NCBI GenBank assembly: GCA_050258555.1
Contig: JBLMZA010000046.1
Coordinates: forward strand, 7,855 to 71,854
From: Acidobacteriota bacterium
Lineage (GTDB): Bacteria; Bacteroidota; Ignavibacteria; UBA10030; UBA8401
Direction of reading: 5' to 3'
Length of the DNA: 64,000 nt
The first letter of the stretch is position 1, and the number at the start of each line of letters is the position of its first letter. Position numbers and translations under genes: made by a program. The notes beneath the pieces are model-generated. The model saw only the letters and a program-made list of their open reading frames with translations. It was not told where the DNA came from and did no database searches. Below, piece after piece: positions 48,864 through 57,886 of the stretch.

Positions 48864-49454
48864 ATGATGACAGACCTGAGACGCCAAATTGCGTTGATCC
48901 TTGTGTGCGCGATGCTTCAGTGCAGCGTGCCGGGACTGCTCCGCGCGCAGACAATGGACGTACCGGCAGATATACAGGTCCGTCTCTTTTCGAAGCTCCT
49001 CGCATACGAGCGCAATCTGTCCCTGCGCTCGGGAACGCGTCTCGCCATCGGCATTCTCTACCAACGCTCGTTCAAGGGTTCATCGGTCGCCAAGGACGAT
49101 ATCATGAAGGCCCTTTCCTCATCGGTCTCGACGATTGGCGGCATTCCCTTCCGCATCGTCCCGATCGAGCTCGATGATGCCGCCGACGTCGCCTCCGAAT
49201 TGCGCGATCATGGCATCGGGCTTGCCTATGTCGCGCCGCTGCGCGCATACGATCTCTCGGCGATTCTGGAAGCATCGAGAAAAGGGAAAATCCTGACGCT
49301 CACCGGCGTGAGCACGTACTCCGATCAGGGCGTCTCGGTTGCCATCGGCATGATGAACGAGCATCCCCAGATCCTCATCAATCTTTCTTCGGCAAAGGCG
49401 GAAGGGGCCGACTTCAACTCTCATTTTCTGAAACTCGTGAGGATCGTCCAATGA
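48864..49454 (+). CDS. Periplasmic DUF4154 / YfiR-like protein.
   Basis: It has a signal peptide and is about 170 aa mature. LAIGILYQRS...FRIVPIE...GLAYVAPL...ILTLTG is the typical YfiR-family pattern. It sits between the TonB receptor and the histidine kinase. Confidence 0.5.
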   Translation: MMTDLRRQIALILVCAMLQCSVPGLLRAQTMDVPADIQVRLFSKLLAYERNLSLRSGTRLAIGILYQRSFKGSSVAKDDIMKALSSSVSTIGGIPFRIVPIELDDAADVASELRDHGIGLAYVAPLRAYDLSAILEASRKGKILTLTGVSTYSDQGVSVAIGMMNEHPQILINLSSAKAEGADFNSHFLKLVRIVQ

Positions 49455-51061
49455 AAAAGCGCATCGATTTTCTGCATCGTGCAGCGGTGCGCTGCGCGTT
49501 CCTCCGCCGCCTGACGCTTGCCAACAAGCTCGCAATTCCCTTTTCCATATCGATCGCGGCGATTTCGGTCTTCATTTACCTCTATCTGCCTTCGGCCTAC
49601 GAGAAGCAGATGCTTCGCGCGCTGAGCGAGAAATGCACGAGCATCGTGTCGATCACATCCTTCGGCATCGCTCCGGCATTCACATTCGACGACACAACGA
49701 ACTTCAACGAAACCATCGAAAGCCTGCGCCAGGATCCCGCCATCGCCTTCGTTGTCTTCATTACGGCCGACGGGCGCATCGCCGCCTCCGAGGGACTCGA
49801 TGAGGCCGAACGCGCCCAATTCCGGCAGCCTTCAACGAGGAACGGGATTTCATCGGACGGCCGCTATTATATCGGGTATTCCGATGTTCGCGTGCAGAAG
49901 CAGCGGGTGGGCGAGCTCTTCATCGGGATGTCGCTGAAGCAGATGCATGCCGACAGCGACGCGGCGCGACTGACGGTGGCGCTTGCCTCTCTGGCGTTTT
50001 TTATCATCGGCGTCGTGCTCGTCGTCGCCATCAGTTCGCTGGTCACCAAGCCGCTGGCATCGATGGTTCGGACCGCCGAATCGATCAGCGCAGGCGACTT
50101 CTCGTCGCGCGCACCGGTGGAATCGGAAGACGAAGTGGGGCATCTCGCCGGCGCCTTCAACACGATGCTTGACCGGCTGCACTCGGCCTATGTCGAACTC
50201 GAATCGAACAATCAGAAGCTTGAAGAACGGGTGAACGAGCGGACCGCGCAGCTGAAGCGGGAGGTGAAAGTGCGGCAGCAGTCCGAGGCGGCGCTGCAGC
50301 AGGCGCAGAAGCTCGAGAGCCTCGGCACGCTCGCAGGAGGCATCGCCCATGACTTCAACAATCTGCTGGCGATGATTCTGGGCTCGGCCGAACTTCTGCG
50401 CATCCATGCGGCCGCCTATCCGCAGCTGAAGAAATATGTCGACCGCATCGTCGAAGCCTCGGAGCGCGGCGCATCGATCTCGCGCCAGCTCCTGATCTTC
50501 TCGCGCCCCGACCAGAGCCAGTTCAAGCCGGCCTCGCTCCAGCACATCCTTGCCGAGTTCGGCCCGATGCTGACGCATTTCCTTCCCAAATCGATTGAGA
50601 TCGAAATGCATATCGAAACCGGCGAGTTCCAGGTGCTCGGAGACACCGGACAGATTCATCAGGCGCTGCTGAATCTCGTGCTCAACGCGGCCGATGCCAT
50701 GTCGAACAGCGGTCGGCTCACCATTGTGCTCCGCGTTGTCGAAGCCAGCGAGCTGCCCGAGGCGTTCGATCCGGTGCGTGAGCCGTTCTACGCCGCGCTG
50801 AGTGTGGCCGATACGGGCGAAGGCATGAGCGAGAGCGTGATGAAAAAGATCTTCGATCCCTTTTTCTCGACCAAGCCGAAGGGCAAAGGCACCGGACTCG
50901 GACTGGCGATGGTGCACGGCATCATGAAACATCATCGGGGATTCATCGACGTGCAGAGCGAACCGGGCATGGGAACGACGTTCACGCTCTTCTTTCCCCT
51001 TGCTCCAGGCGCCTCGGTTTCGCTGCCGCCATCGGCCCACGCCGCGCCGCCTGAACCCTGA
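49451..51061 (+). CDS. Sensor histidine kinase with a TM/periplasmic region, HAMP, HisKA and HATPase_c.
   Basis: HAMP is in [33 protein letters not shown]. The H-box is [13 protein letters not shown] boxes are [17 protein letters not shown] and GTGLGLAM. It overlaps the DUF4154 gene by 4 nt. Confidence 0.85.
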   Translation: MKKRIDFLHRAAVRCAFLRRLTLANKLAIPFSISIAAISVFIYLYLPSAYEKQMLRALSEKCTSIVSITSFGIAPAFTFDDTTNFNETIESLRQDPAIAFVVFITADGRIAASEGLDEAERAQFRQPSTRNGISSDGRYYIGYSDVRVQKQRVGELFIGMSLKQMHADSDAARLTVALASLAFFIIGVVLVVAISSLVTKPLASMVRTAESISAGDFSSRAPVESEDEVGHLAGAFNTMLDRLHSAYVELESNNQKLEERVNERTAQLKREVKVRQQSEAALQQAQKLESLGTLAGGIAHDFNNLLAMILGSAELLRIHAAAYPQLKKYVDRIVEASERGASISRQLLIFSRPDQSQFKPASLQHILAEFGPMLTHFLPKSIEIEMHIETGEFQVLGDTGQIHQALLNLVLNAADAMSNSGRLTIVLRVVEASELPEAFDPVREPFYAALSVADTGEGMSESVMKKIFDPFFSTKPKGKGTGLGLAMVHGIMKHHRGFIDVQSEPGMGTTFTLFFPLAPGASVSLPPSAHAAPPEP

Positions 51062-51063
51062 GC

Positions 51064-51585
51064 TCAGTTCCGGAACAGGCTCTTCGGCTTCACCATCAGG
51101 CGCGCAAGCTCCGTCTGTATCGTCTTCGATTCCTTCAGGTCGTAATTATCCACGATGTGCTTGTTCTGCAGCCGGTGAAGAATGCCCTTGATCTTTCTGT
51201 ACATCTTCAGCTGCCGGTTGTGGAGGTGGCAGATGTAGTTAAGCAGGATTTCAAGATTTCTTTCTTCAAGATCGAATGATTTGTGCTTCCGTTCCGCCTT
51301 GTAGAGCATGATCAATTCGTCCGTGCAATTCTCGTTGAACCGCGCAAGATACTCCATGTCCATCGATAGAGAGTTCAACACCTTCGTCATTCCGCTGACG
51401 AGGTTCTCGGAATACCGGAATTTCCTCTTCGCCTTGAAGAGTTTCTGAAAATTTTTCAGCGAATCCTCGATCTTCCCCACCTTCAAGGCGATGGCTTTGA
51501 TGCGCTGGCCGCGCTTGTACTTGCTGTGATTGTATTCCTTTTCTTCCGGAGTCAGTCTCTTCGTCATAATGTCCTCGGCGGTCAT
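51064..51585 (-). CDS. Lys-rich, predicted all-alpha hypothetical protein encoded by an atypically low-GC gene (about 50% against about 62% background).
   Basis: The ORF is 173 aa, with 29 Lys and few Ala or Gly. It uses AGA/AAA/AAT codons that are rare elsewhere in the window. Its stop is 2 nt from the convergent kinase stop. It lies about 180 nt from tRNA-Gln. Confidence 0.5.
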   Translation of the reverse strand: MTAEDIMTKRLTPEEKEYNHSKYKRGQRIKAIALKVGKIEDSLKNFQKLFKAKRKFRYSENLVSGMTKVLNSLSMDMEYLARFNENCTDELIMLYKAERKHKSFDLEERNLEILLNYICHLHNRQLKMYRKIKGILHRLQNKHIVDNYDLKESKTIQTELARLMVKPKSLFRN

Positions 51586-51768
51586 TTTCGCCTATATATC
51601 TCATAGAACCCCATCCGCACCTGCGTGATTCCAGCCGACGGCGCAAAAACGAGACCCGTACGCAGGAAATTTTTTGAAAAATCGGAGATTCTGCGGTTGA
51701 CTTTGCGTCAAAAAAGCGCTATCTTTTTATATAGTTTTTGATACAGCGGTTCTGAAATACCCTATACT

Positions 51769-51840
51769 GCCCCGTGGTGTAACTGGCAACACGTCTGACT
51801 CTGGATCAGAAGAGTTCAGGTTCGACCCCTGACGGGGCAG
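51769..51840 (+). tRNA. tRNA-Gln (anticodon CTG).
   Basis: A manual cloverleaf gives an acceptor stem TGCCCCG/CGGGGCA with a U1:A72 pair and G73, a D-stem GTGT/ACAC, an anticodon stem TCTGA/TCAGA with loop CTCTGGA, and a T-arm TCAGG-TTCGACC-CCTGA. CCA is not encoded. Confidence 0.8.
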
Positions 51841-51870
51841 CAATGCGGCACTCAACGCAGAGTCATGTAC

Positions 51871-51898
51871 AAAAAGCCGAGCTTCTACTCGGCTTTTT
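51871..51898 (+). terminator. Rho-independent terminator after tRNA-Gln.
   Basis: AAAAAGCCGAG-cttcta-CTCGGCTTTTT. Confidence 0.65.
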
Positions 51899-51919
51899 GC
51901 ATTTTATCGGGGCGGCCAT

Positions 51920-54097
51920 ATGACGTTTCTGAATCCCTTCGTCCTTTTCGGCCTGGCAGCGGCGGCAATACCGATTCTGCTCCATCTCCTGAACAAGCGG
52001 AAGCTTCGGACGGTGGAATTCAGTTCCCTTTCCTTCCTGAAAGAACTGCAGAAAACCACGATGCGCCGGATCACGCTCCGCCAGTGGCTGCTCCTTCTTC
52101 TCCGCACGCTCCTGATCATCCTTGTGGTGCTGGCATTTTCCCGCCCCGTGCTGCAGGGTTCATTCGGCGGTTTCGGCTCGCGCGCAAAAACCTCGATGGT
52201 TCTCATCGTGGACGACTCCTACAGCATGTCGCTGGAAAACCAGCAGGGCGCATACATCCGGCAGGCGCGCGATGCGGCGCTCCGCGTGCTCGACATGATG
52301 AAGGACGGCGACGATGCCGTCCTGATCAAAGTATCGGATGTGCCGCAGAGTTCGGCCGAACCCGCCCGCGATCCGGCGCGCATGCGCACACTGCTTCAGG
52401 AACTCACCGTCAGTCCGAAACACCGCACGATCGAAGACGCCATGCGTCTTGCCGCACGCCTTCTTGCCCAATCGAAGAATTTCAACAAGGAAGTCTACAT
52501 CTTCACCGATGCCCAGCGCTCGACGTTCGTCAATATGGCATCCACCGGGACCGAAGCGGGCAGGGAGAAGCTGTTCGATGCGCGGACGAAATTCTTCGTG
52601 CTTCCCTTCAGCGACAGGCCGTTCGAGAACTGCGGCATCACGGGCATCAGCCGCCAATCATTGCTGCTCCAGCCGGGCAAGCCCGCTTCGGTGGAGGTTC
52701 TGGTCAGAAATTTCGGCACATCGGCCGTCTCGAACCGCATCGCCAGCCTGATCGTGAACGGCAGCCGCGTGATGCAGAAGACGGTCTCCATCGCGCCGGG
52801 CGCGAGCGTGCCGGTCGAGTTTTCATTCACGCCGGCGCGCGCCGGATTCCAGCGCTGCTCGGTCGAGCTCGAAGACGACGTGCTGGAAGCCGATAACCGG
52901 TATTACTTCACGCTCTATGTGCCCGGACAGATTCATGTCACGCTTATCGCGGACGATGAAACGCAGACGCCGTTCATCGGCGCGGCGCTCGATGCCATTG
53001 CGGCGTCGGGCGGCTCCGAAGGCGGGACATTCCTGAATATCAGCACCACGCAGCCGGGCAGGCTCTCGTCCTCGGCGCTCAACGACGCCGATCTCGTGCT
53101 TGGGTGCGGCGTGCGGGAATTCGGACGGACCGACGCTCAGATGATCGCAATGGCGATGCAGGGCGGCACGGGACTGCTGTTCTTTCCGGGTTCGCATGCG
53201 AATGAAAGCCGGATGAATGCGGAATTCTTTCCCGCGCTCGACCTTCCTCCCATCCAGCTTCCTGCGCCGCCCGCTGCCGGCGCAAGCGCGGGACAGACAT
53301 CGTTCGACCGGATCGATTTCGATCATGCCATCATGAAGGGCATCTTCGAACCCGTTCAGGGAAAGAAGCAGCCGCAGATCGAATCGCCGCAGATCTTCCG
53401 CCAGGCCCGGTTCCAGTCGCAGCAGTCGCTGCGGCCGGTCATCACCACGGGCACCGGCACGTATTTCCTCTGGGAAAAGAAATTCGGACGGGGCACAATC
53501 GCCGGATTCAGCGTGGCGCCGACCACGGAATGGTCCGACTTCGTCCTCAAGCCGATCTTCATTCCCCTGCTGTCGCAGACGCTGCTCTACATCGGTTCGT
53601 CGGTCAACGCGGGCGTTCAGCCGGGCGTGATCGGCCGCGAGGTCGATCCGCATATGCTGCTGATTCCGCGTTCGGCGCGGCATGCAGCCGGAAGTGTGCC
53701 GCTCGAGCTCTTCGGTCCCCAGGGGGAAGAAACAAAAATCGCGGCGACCGCGCCCGATGCCAAAGGCGCGCTTGCCCTGGCCGCATCACTTGCGGAAAAC
53801 GCCCGCCAGACGGGCTTCTATGCCGTCACGCAGGGACGGGACACGGTGACGGTGGCGGGCATGAATATCGACAATGCGGAATCGGATGGACGGCCGATCA
53901 CCGCCGATGAAATCCGATCCGTGATCGCCGAATACGGCGGCACACCCGCGGTCCTCACGCCCGGCACCGCGATCGACCGGACCGTGCTGGAAAGCCGCTT
54001 CGGCGTGGAACTGTGGAAATATTTTCTTATCGTTGCATTATTGATTGCGGTCATCGAAATGCTCGTTGCCCGCGAAACGCACGAGGTGCAGGCATGA
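51920..54097 (+). CDS. BatA-type N-terminal double-transmembrane domain protein with a VWA domain (aerotolerance BatA-like).
   Basis: MTFLNPFVLFGLAAAAIPILLHLLNKRKLRTVEFSSLSFL...LAFSRP matches the TIGR02226 N-terminal double-TM pattern. The VWA MIDAS is in MVLIVDDSYSMS. There is a C-terminal TM helix. Confidence 0.75.
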   Translation: MTFLNPFVLFGLAAAAIPILLHLLNKRKLRTVEFSSLSFLKELQKTTMRRITLRQWLLLLLRTLLIILVVLAFSRPVLQGSFGGFGSRAKTSMVLIVDDSYSMSLENQQGAYIRQARDAALRVLDMMKDGDDAVLIKVSDVPQSSAEPARDPARMRTLLQELTVSPKHRTIEDAMRLAARLLAQSKNFNKEVYIFTDAQRSTFVNMASTGTEAGREKLFDARTKFFVLPFSDRPFENCGITGISRQSLLLQPGKPASVEVLVRNFGTSAVSNRIASLIVNGSRVMQKTVSIAPGASVPVEFSFTPARAGFQRCSVELEDDVLEADNRYYFTLYVPGQIHVTLIADDETQTPFIGAALDAIAASGGSEGGTFLNISTTQPGRLSSSALNDADLVLGCGVREFGRTDAQMIAMAMQGGTGLLFFPGSHANESRMNAEFFPALDLPPIQLPAPPAAGASAGQTSFDRIDFDHAIMKGIFEPVQGKKQPQIESPQIFRQARFQSQQSLRPVITTGTGTYFLWEKKFGRGTIAGFSVAPTTEWSDFVLKPIFIPLLSQTLLYIGSSVNAGVQPGVIGREVDPHMLLIPRSARHAAGSVPLELFGPQGEETKIAATAPDAKGALALAASLAENARQTGFYAVTQGRDTVTVAGMNIDNAESDGRPITADEIRSVIAEYGGTPAVLTPGTAIDRTVLESRFGVELWKYFLIVALLIAVIEMLVARETHEVQA

Positions 54098-54157
54098 GGG
54101 CTCCGTCCTTCGGTCCCCGCCTCTCCTCCATTCACATGAATCTGAATTGATACGTAT

Positions 54158-55450
54158 ATGATCGATCTGGCAAACACGACACGTGAACGCGCCGTTGCAG
54201 TGGGACTTGTCACGCGGTTTGTTCGCAGACAGCAGGCCGAGGATTATCTCGACGAGCTCGCGCTCCTGGCCGATACGGCCGGAGCCGATGTGATCCATAA
54301 AGTCCTGCAGGAACGCGACGGCATCGAGCCCGCCTATTACATCGGCAAGGGAAAGGTCGAGCAGCTGGCACAGCTGGTGGAAGATGAAAAGATCAACCTC
54401 ATCATTTTCGACGACGACCTCTCCCCTGTGCAGCTGCGGAATCTCGAGCGCATGACGAAAGTGAAGGTGCTCGACCGCAGCGGGCTCATTCTCGATATCT
54501 TCGCGACGCGCGCCCGCACGAATGAAGCGCGCACGCAGGTCGAACTTGCGCAGCTGCAGTATCTGCTGCCCCGCCTCACGCGCCAGTGGACGCACTTGTC
54601 GAAGCAGTTCGGCGGCATCGGCACCAAGGGGCCGGGCGAAACACAGATCGAGACGGACCGCCGCATGATCCGTACGCGCATTGCGCATCTGAAATCGAAG
54701 CTCGCCAAGATCAGCTCGCAGCGCAAGACGCAGCGGCAGGGCCGGAAGGACTTCATCAGTCTCGCGCTCGTGGGCTACACGAACGTCGGCAAGTCGACGC
54801 TGCTGAACGCATTGTCCTCATCGGAGGTCTTCGTCGAGAACCGATTGTTTGCGACGCTCGATGCGACGACGCGCGTCGTCGAGCTTGCGCCCTCGACGAA
54901 CGTGCTTCTGACCGATACGGTCGGCTTCATCCGCAAGCTGCCCCATCATCTGGTCGCTAGCTTCAAGAGCACGCTCGAGGAGATCGTCGAAGCCGACGTG
55001 CTGCTGCACGTCATCGACGCCTCGCATCCCACGGCCGAAGAGCAGATCCGTGTGGTCAATGAGACGCTTGCCGAGCTCGGCGCGGCGCAGAAGCCCATGC
55101 TCCACGTCTTCAACAAAGTGGACATGCTCGAAGACCGGAGCATGATGCACGATCTTCAGGAAAAGTATTCTCCTGCCGTTTTCATTTCGGCACAGCGCGG
55201 CATCAATCTCTCGGGATTGAAGGACGCGCTTGTGAAGATGACGACAAGCACGGGGACCGAATTCCAGGTGACGCTGCCCGCATCGGCATACAAGGCGCTG
55301 TCGGCGCTTCACGAGCTTGCCGAAATTTCAGGCAAGACGTATGACGATGAAGTGGTGACGCTGAAACTGCGCGCCAGCGGGAAGAACAGGAAGCGCATCG
55401 AACAGATCATCGCCCAGGCCGACGGCACGCTCGAGCTCCTGTCGCACTGA
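54158..55450 (+). CDS. hflX: GTPase HflX.
   Basis: The HflX N-terminal domain is followed by the G-domain motifs GYTNVGKST, DTVGF and NKVD. Confidence 0.9.
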   Translation: MIDLANTTRERAVAVGLVTRFVRRQQAEDYLDELALLADTAGADVIHKVLQERDGIEPAYYIGKGKVEQLAQLVEDEKINLIIFDDDLSPVQLRNLERMTKVKVLDRSGLILDIFATRARTNEARTQVELAQLQYLLPRLTRQWTHLSKQFGGIGTKGPGETQIETDRRMIRTRIAHLKSKLAKISSQRKTQRQGRKDFISLALVGYTNVGKSTLLNALSSSEVFVENRLFATLDATTRVVELAPSTNVLLTDTVGFIRKLPHHLVASFKSTLEEIVEADVLLHVIDASHPTAEEQIRVVNETLAELGAAQKPMLHVFNKVDMLEDRSMMHDLQEKYSPAVFISAQRGINLSGLKDALVKMTTSTGTEFQVTLPASAYKALSALHELAEISGKTYDDEVVTLKLRASGKNRKRIEQIIAQADGTLELLSH

Positions 55451-55461
55451 GGAAGCGTCTT

Positions 55462-55492
55462 TTTGCAAATCCGCCCGTTTTTCGTATATTAG
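55462..55492 (+). promoter_or_regulatory. Bacteroidetes-type promoter candidate for tRNA-Leu.
   Basis: TTTG at 55462-55465, a 19 nt spacer, then TATATTAG at 55485-55492 (approximating TAnnTTTG). This lies about 20 nt upstream of the tRNA 5' end. Confidence 0.35.
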
Positions 55493-55511
55493 AGTCTTCA
55501 CGATTTTCTTG

Positions 55512-55593
55512 GCCGAAATGGTGGAATTGGCAGACACACCAGCCTTAGGAGCTGGCGCCGCGAGGCATGGGGGTTCGAGTCCCCCTTTCGGCA
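55512..55593 (+). tRNA. tRNA-Leu (anticodon TAG), type II with a long variable arm.
   Basis: The acceptor stem is GCCGAAA/TTTCGGC with discriminator A. The anticodon stem is CCAGC/GCTGG with loop CTTAGGA. The variable arm is CGCCGCGAGGCATG. The T-arm is GGGGG-TTCGAGT-CCCCC. Confidence 0.85.
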
Positions 55594-55645
55594 CACTCAG
55601 TCCTCTGCTCTGCACGTTGCACACGGTTCCACCCGAAAGGCAGCC

Positions 55646-57886
55646 ATGCACCTCCGATCGACTCGGCACATCCTCCCCGGTTCTGTATTTTCTCCACTCG
55701 CCATCACCTTCTCCCTCGCATTGTTCGTCTCCTCCGCTTTCGGCACGGGATCGGTCCGCGGTTTCGTCACCGATTCGGCAAGCGGCGAAGCACTCATCTA
55801 TGCGAATATCGTCATCAGGAGCACGTCGGTCGGCACGACGACAAATACCAAAGGGTATTATTTCCTTCCCGCCGTGCCCTCGGGGCCGCACGCGATTTCC
55901 ATCTCGATCATCGGATACAGGACAAAGACCATTCTTGTCTCGGTGAGGGAGAATGAAACGGCCATGTGCAACGTCCGCCTGGCTCCCGCATCGGTGCAGC
56001 TTGAAGAAATGACCGTGATCGGCGATAAGCAGGTCCGACTGAATGAAACGAACCTCGGTCTTCAGACGATGACCGCACGCGAACTTGCCATCATCCCGCA
56101 GGGCATCGAAGCCGACCTCTTCCGGGCCATGCAATTTTCAACAGGCGTAAGTTCCACAGGCGATGTGACGGCGCGCTATTATGTGCGCGGCGGCACGGGC
56201 GATCAGAATCTCGTGCTCCTGAACGGCGCCACCGTCTACAACCCGTTTCATGCGCTCGGCATCCTCTCCGCGATCGATCCGGAAGTGATCTCGGCGACGG
56301 AGTTTTATAAGGGCGGCTTCCCGGCCGAATACGGCGGCAGGCTGTCATCCGTCATGAACATCGTGACAAAGAACGGCAACACCAACCGCTATCACGGTTC
56401 AGCCAATGCAAGCTTCGTCTCGGGCAAAACGTCCTTTGAAGGCCCGTTCCCGAACGGCTCATTTCTGCTGACTGGAAGGAAGAGTTACTACGGAAGCATT
56501 TTCAAACATTTTCTGAACGGGAGAGATTCGCCGTTCGACTTCTGGGACGTGACATTCAAGTCTCATTATGCCGATCCGGAAAATGAATCGCTCGGCAAAT
56601 TTACCGTGCACAGCTTCCTGAGCGGCGACCAGGTGAACAATCACGATCCGCTGCAGGAAGATTATTCGGTCCGCAATATGATCGCGGGCATGACATGGCA
56701 GAAAGTCTGGGCGAGTCCTCTCTATTCCACTTTTTCATTCTCATATTCAGGATCGCGCGCCGAGGCGCGTCCAAATCTGACGACATCGCATCCCCGCTCC
56801 AATGCCGTCAACGACATATCCGTCAACATGGACTTCGCATACGTCTACGACAGCCGCGACGAGATCGCATTCGGCATTCAGAATAAGTTTCTTCGCACAT
56901 CGCTTCAGGTGCAGAATCCGTATGGCAGCAGAATCTCGTTCGACGAGCGCGGCTGGGATCTGAATACGTACATGGAGTACCAATACAAGCGGTGGGACGC
57001 CTTCAGGATCAATCTCGGCATGAGGGCGAAGCTGAGCGGTCTTTCGCGAGGAAGGCCGTTCCTTCTTGAGCCGCGCGTCGGAATGACATACAGGCCGTAT
57101 CCGTTCGCCGCACTCAAGGCGTCGGTCGGCTGGTACTCCCAGGAGATCACCAGCCTCTCGAACGAAAAGGAAGTCATCTCGATCTTCGAACCATGGGTCA
57201 TCACACCGGCGTATCTGGCATCTCCCCAGGCCGCCAATTACATGGCCGGCATCGAGCTCGATATGAACGAACACATGTCGCTCGAGTTGGTCACGTACTA
57301 CAAAACCATGACCAATACAATCGACATCAACGATAAAAAAGCCTCGGATCGCGACAACGATTTCATCAATGTGCGCGGCCATGCCTACGGCCTCGAGACG
57401 CTGTACAAATATCAGCCCTCGTCGTTCTTCTTCCAGGTCTCGTACTCGCTCTCCTGGTCGTTCAAGGAAAAATACGGAATGTTGTACACACCCCGTTATG
57501 ACGCCCGCCACACGCTCGGCGCGCTTGTCAGCTGCGACATCGGCGCCGGCTGGCAGGCCAGCCTCAACTGGTCCTTCCGGACGGGGCTCCCATTTGCCCC
57601 CCTTCTGGGATTCTACGATCAGATTTCGCTCAATCCGTTTGCGCCGTCGACCTATCAAGCCCTTCCGCTGTGGGACAAGGCGAATACCGCGCGGCTGCCG
57701 ATCTATCATCGGCTCGACTGCAGTGTTTCAAAGAGCATCAGCACGCCCTTGACCGACATCACGGTCGGCGGAAGCATCCTGAACGTCTACGACAAAAAAA
57801 ATATTTTCTATTTCAACCGCGATAACGGGCAGAGCGTCTATATGCTTCCGTTCACTCCATCGGTCTTTATAAAGGCTGAATTATGA
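55646..57886 (+). CDS. TonB-dependent receptor with an N-terminal carboxypeptidase-regulatory-like (CarbopepD_reg) domain.
   Basis: GSVRGFVTDSASGEALIYANIVI...TNTKGYYFLPAVPSGPHAISISIIGYRTK is the CarbopepD_reg beta-sandwich. The plug block reads FSTGVSSTGDVTARYYVRGGTGDQNLVLLNGATVYNPFHALG. A long barrel follows. Confidence 0.75.
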   Translation: MHLRSTRHILPGSVFSPLAITFSLALFVSSAFGTGSVRGFVTDSASGEALIYANIVIRSTSVGTTTNTKGYYFLPAVPSGPHAISISIIGYRTKTILVSVRENETAMCNVRLAPASVQLEEMTVIGDKQVRLNETNLGLQTMTARELAIIPQGIEADLFRAMQFSTGVSSTGDVTARYYVRGGTGDQNLVLLNGATVYNPFHALGILSAIDPEVISATEFYKGGFPAEYGGRLSSVMNIVTKNGNTNRYHGSANASFVSGKTSFEGPFPNGSFLLTGRKSYYGSIFKHFLNGRDSPFDFWDVTFKSHYADPENESLGKFTVHSFLSGDQVNNHDPLQEDYSVRNMIAGMTWQKVWASPLYSTFSFSYSGSRAEARPNLTTSHPRSNAVNDISVNMDFAYVYDSRDEIAFGIQNKFLRTSLQVQNPYGSRISFDERGWDLNTYMEYQYKRWDAFRINLGMRAKLSGLSRGRPFLLEPRVGMTYRPYPFAALKASVGWYSQEITSLSNEKEVISIFEPWVITPAYLASPQAANYMAGIELDMNEHMSLELVTYYKTMTNTIDINDKKASDRDNDFINVRGHAYGLETLYKYQPSSFFFQVSYSLSWSFKEKYGMLYTPRYDARHTLGALVSCDIGAGWQASLNWSFRTGLPFAPLLGFYDQISLNPFAPSTYQALPLWDKANTARLPIYHRLDCSVSKSISTPLTDITVGGSILNVYDKKNIFYFNRDNGQSVYMLPFTPSVFIKAEL

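Noticed and set aside
51586-51900. A genomic island or integrative element at tRNA-Gln.
   Set aside because: There is no integrase or excisionase, no direct repeat of the tRNA 3' end, and the downstream gene (BatA-like) has native composition. Only the single low-GC ORF upstream is atypical.
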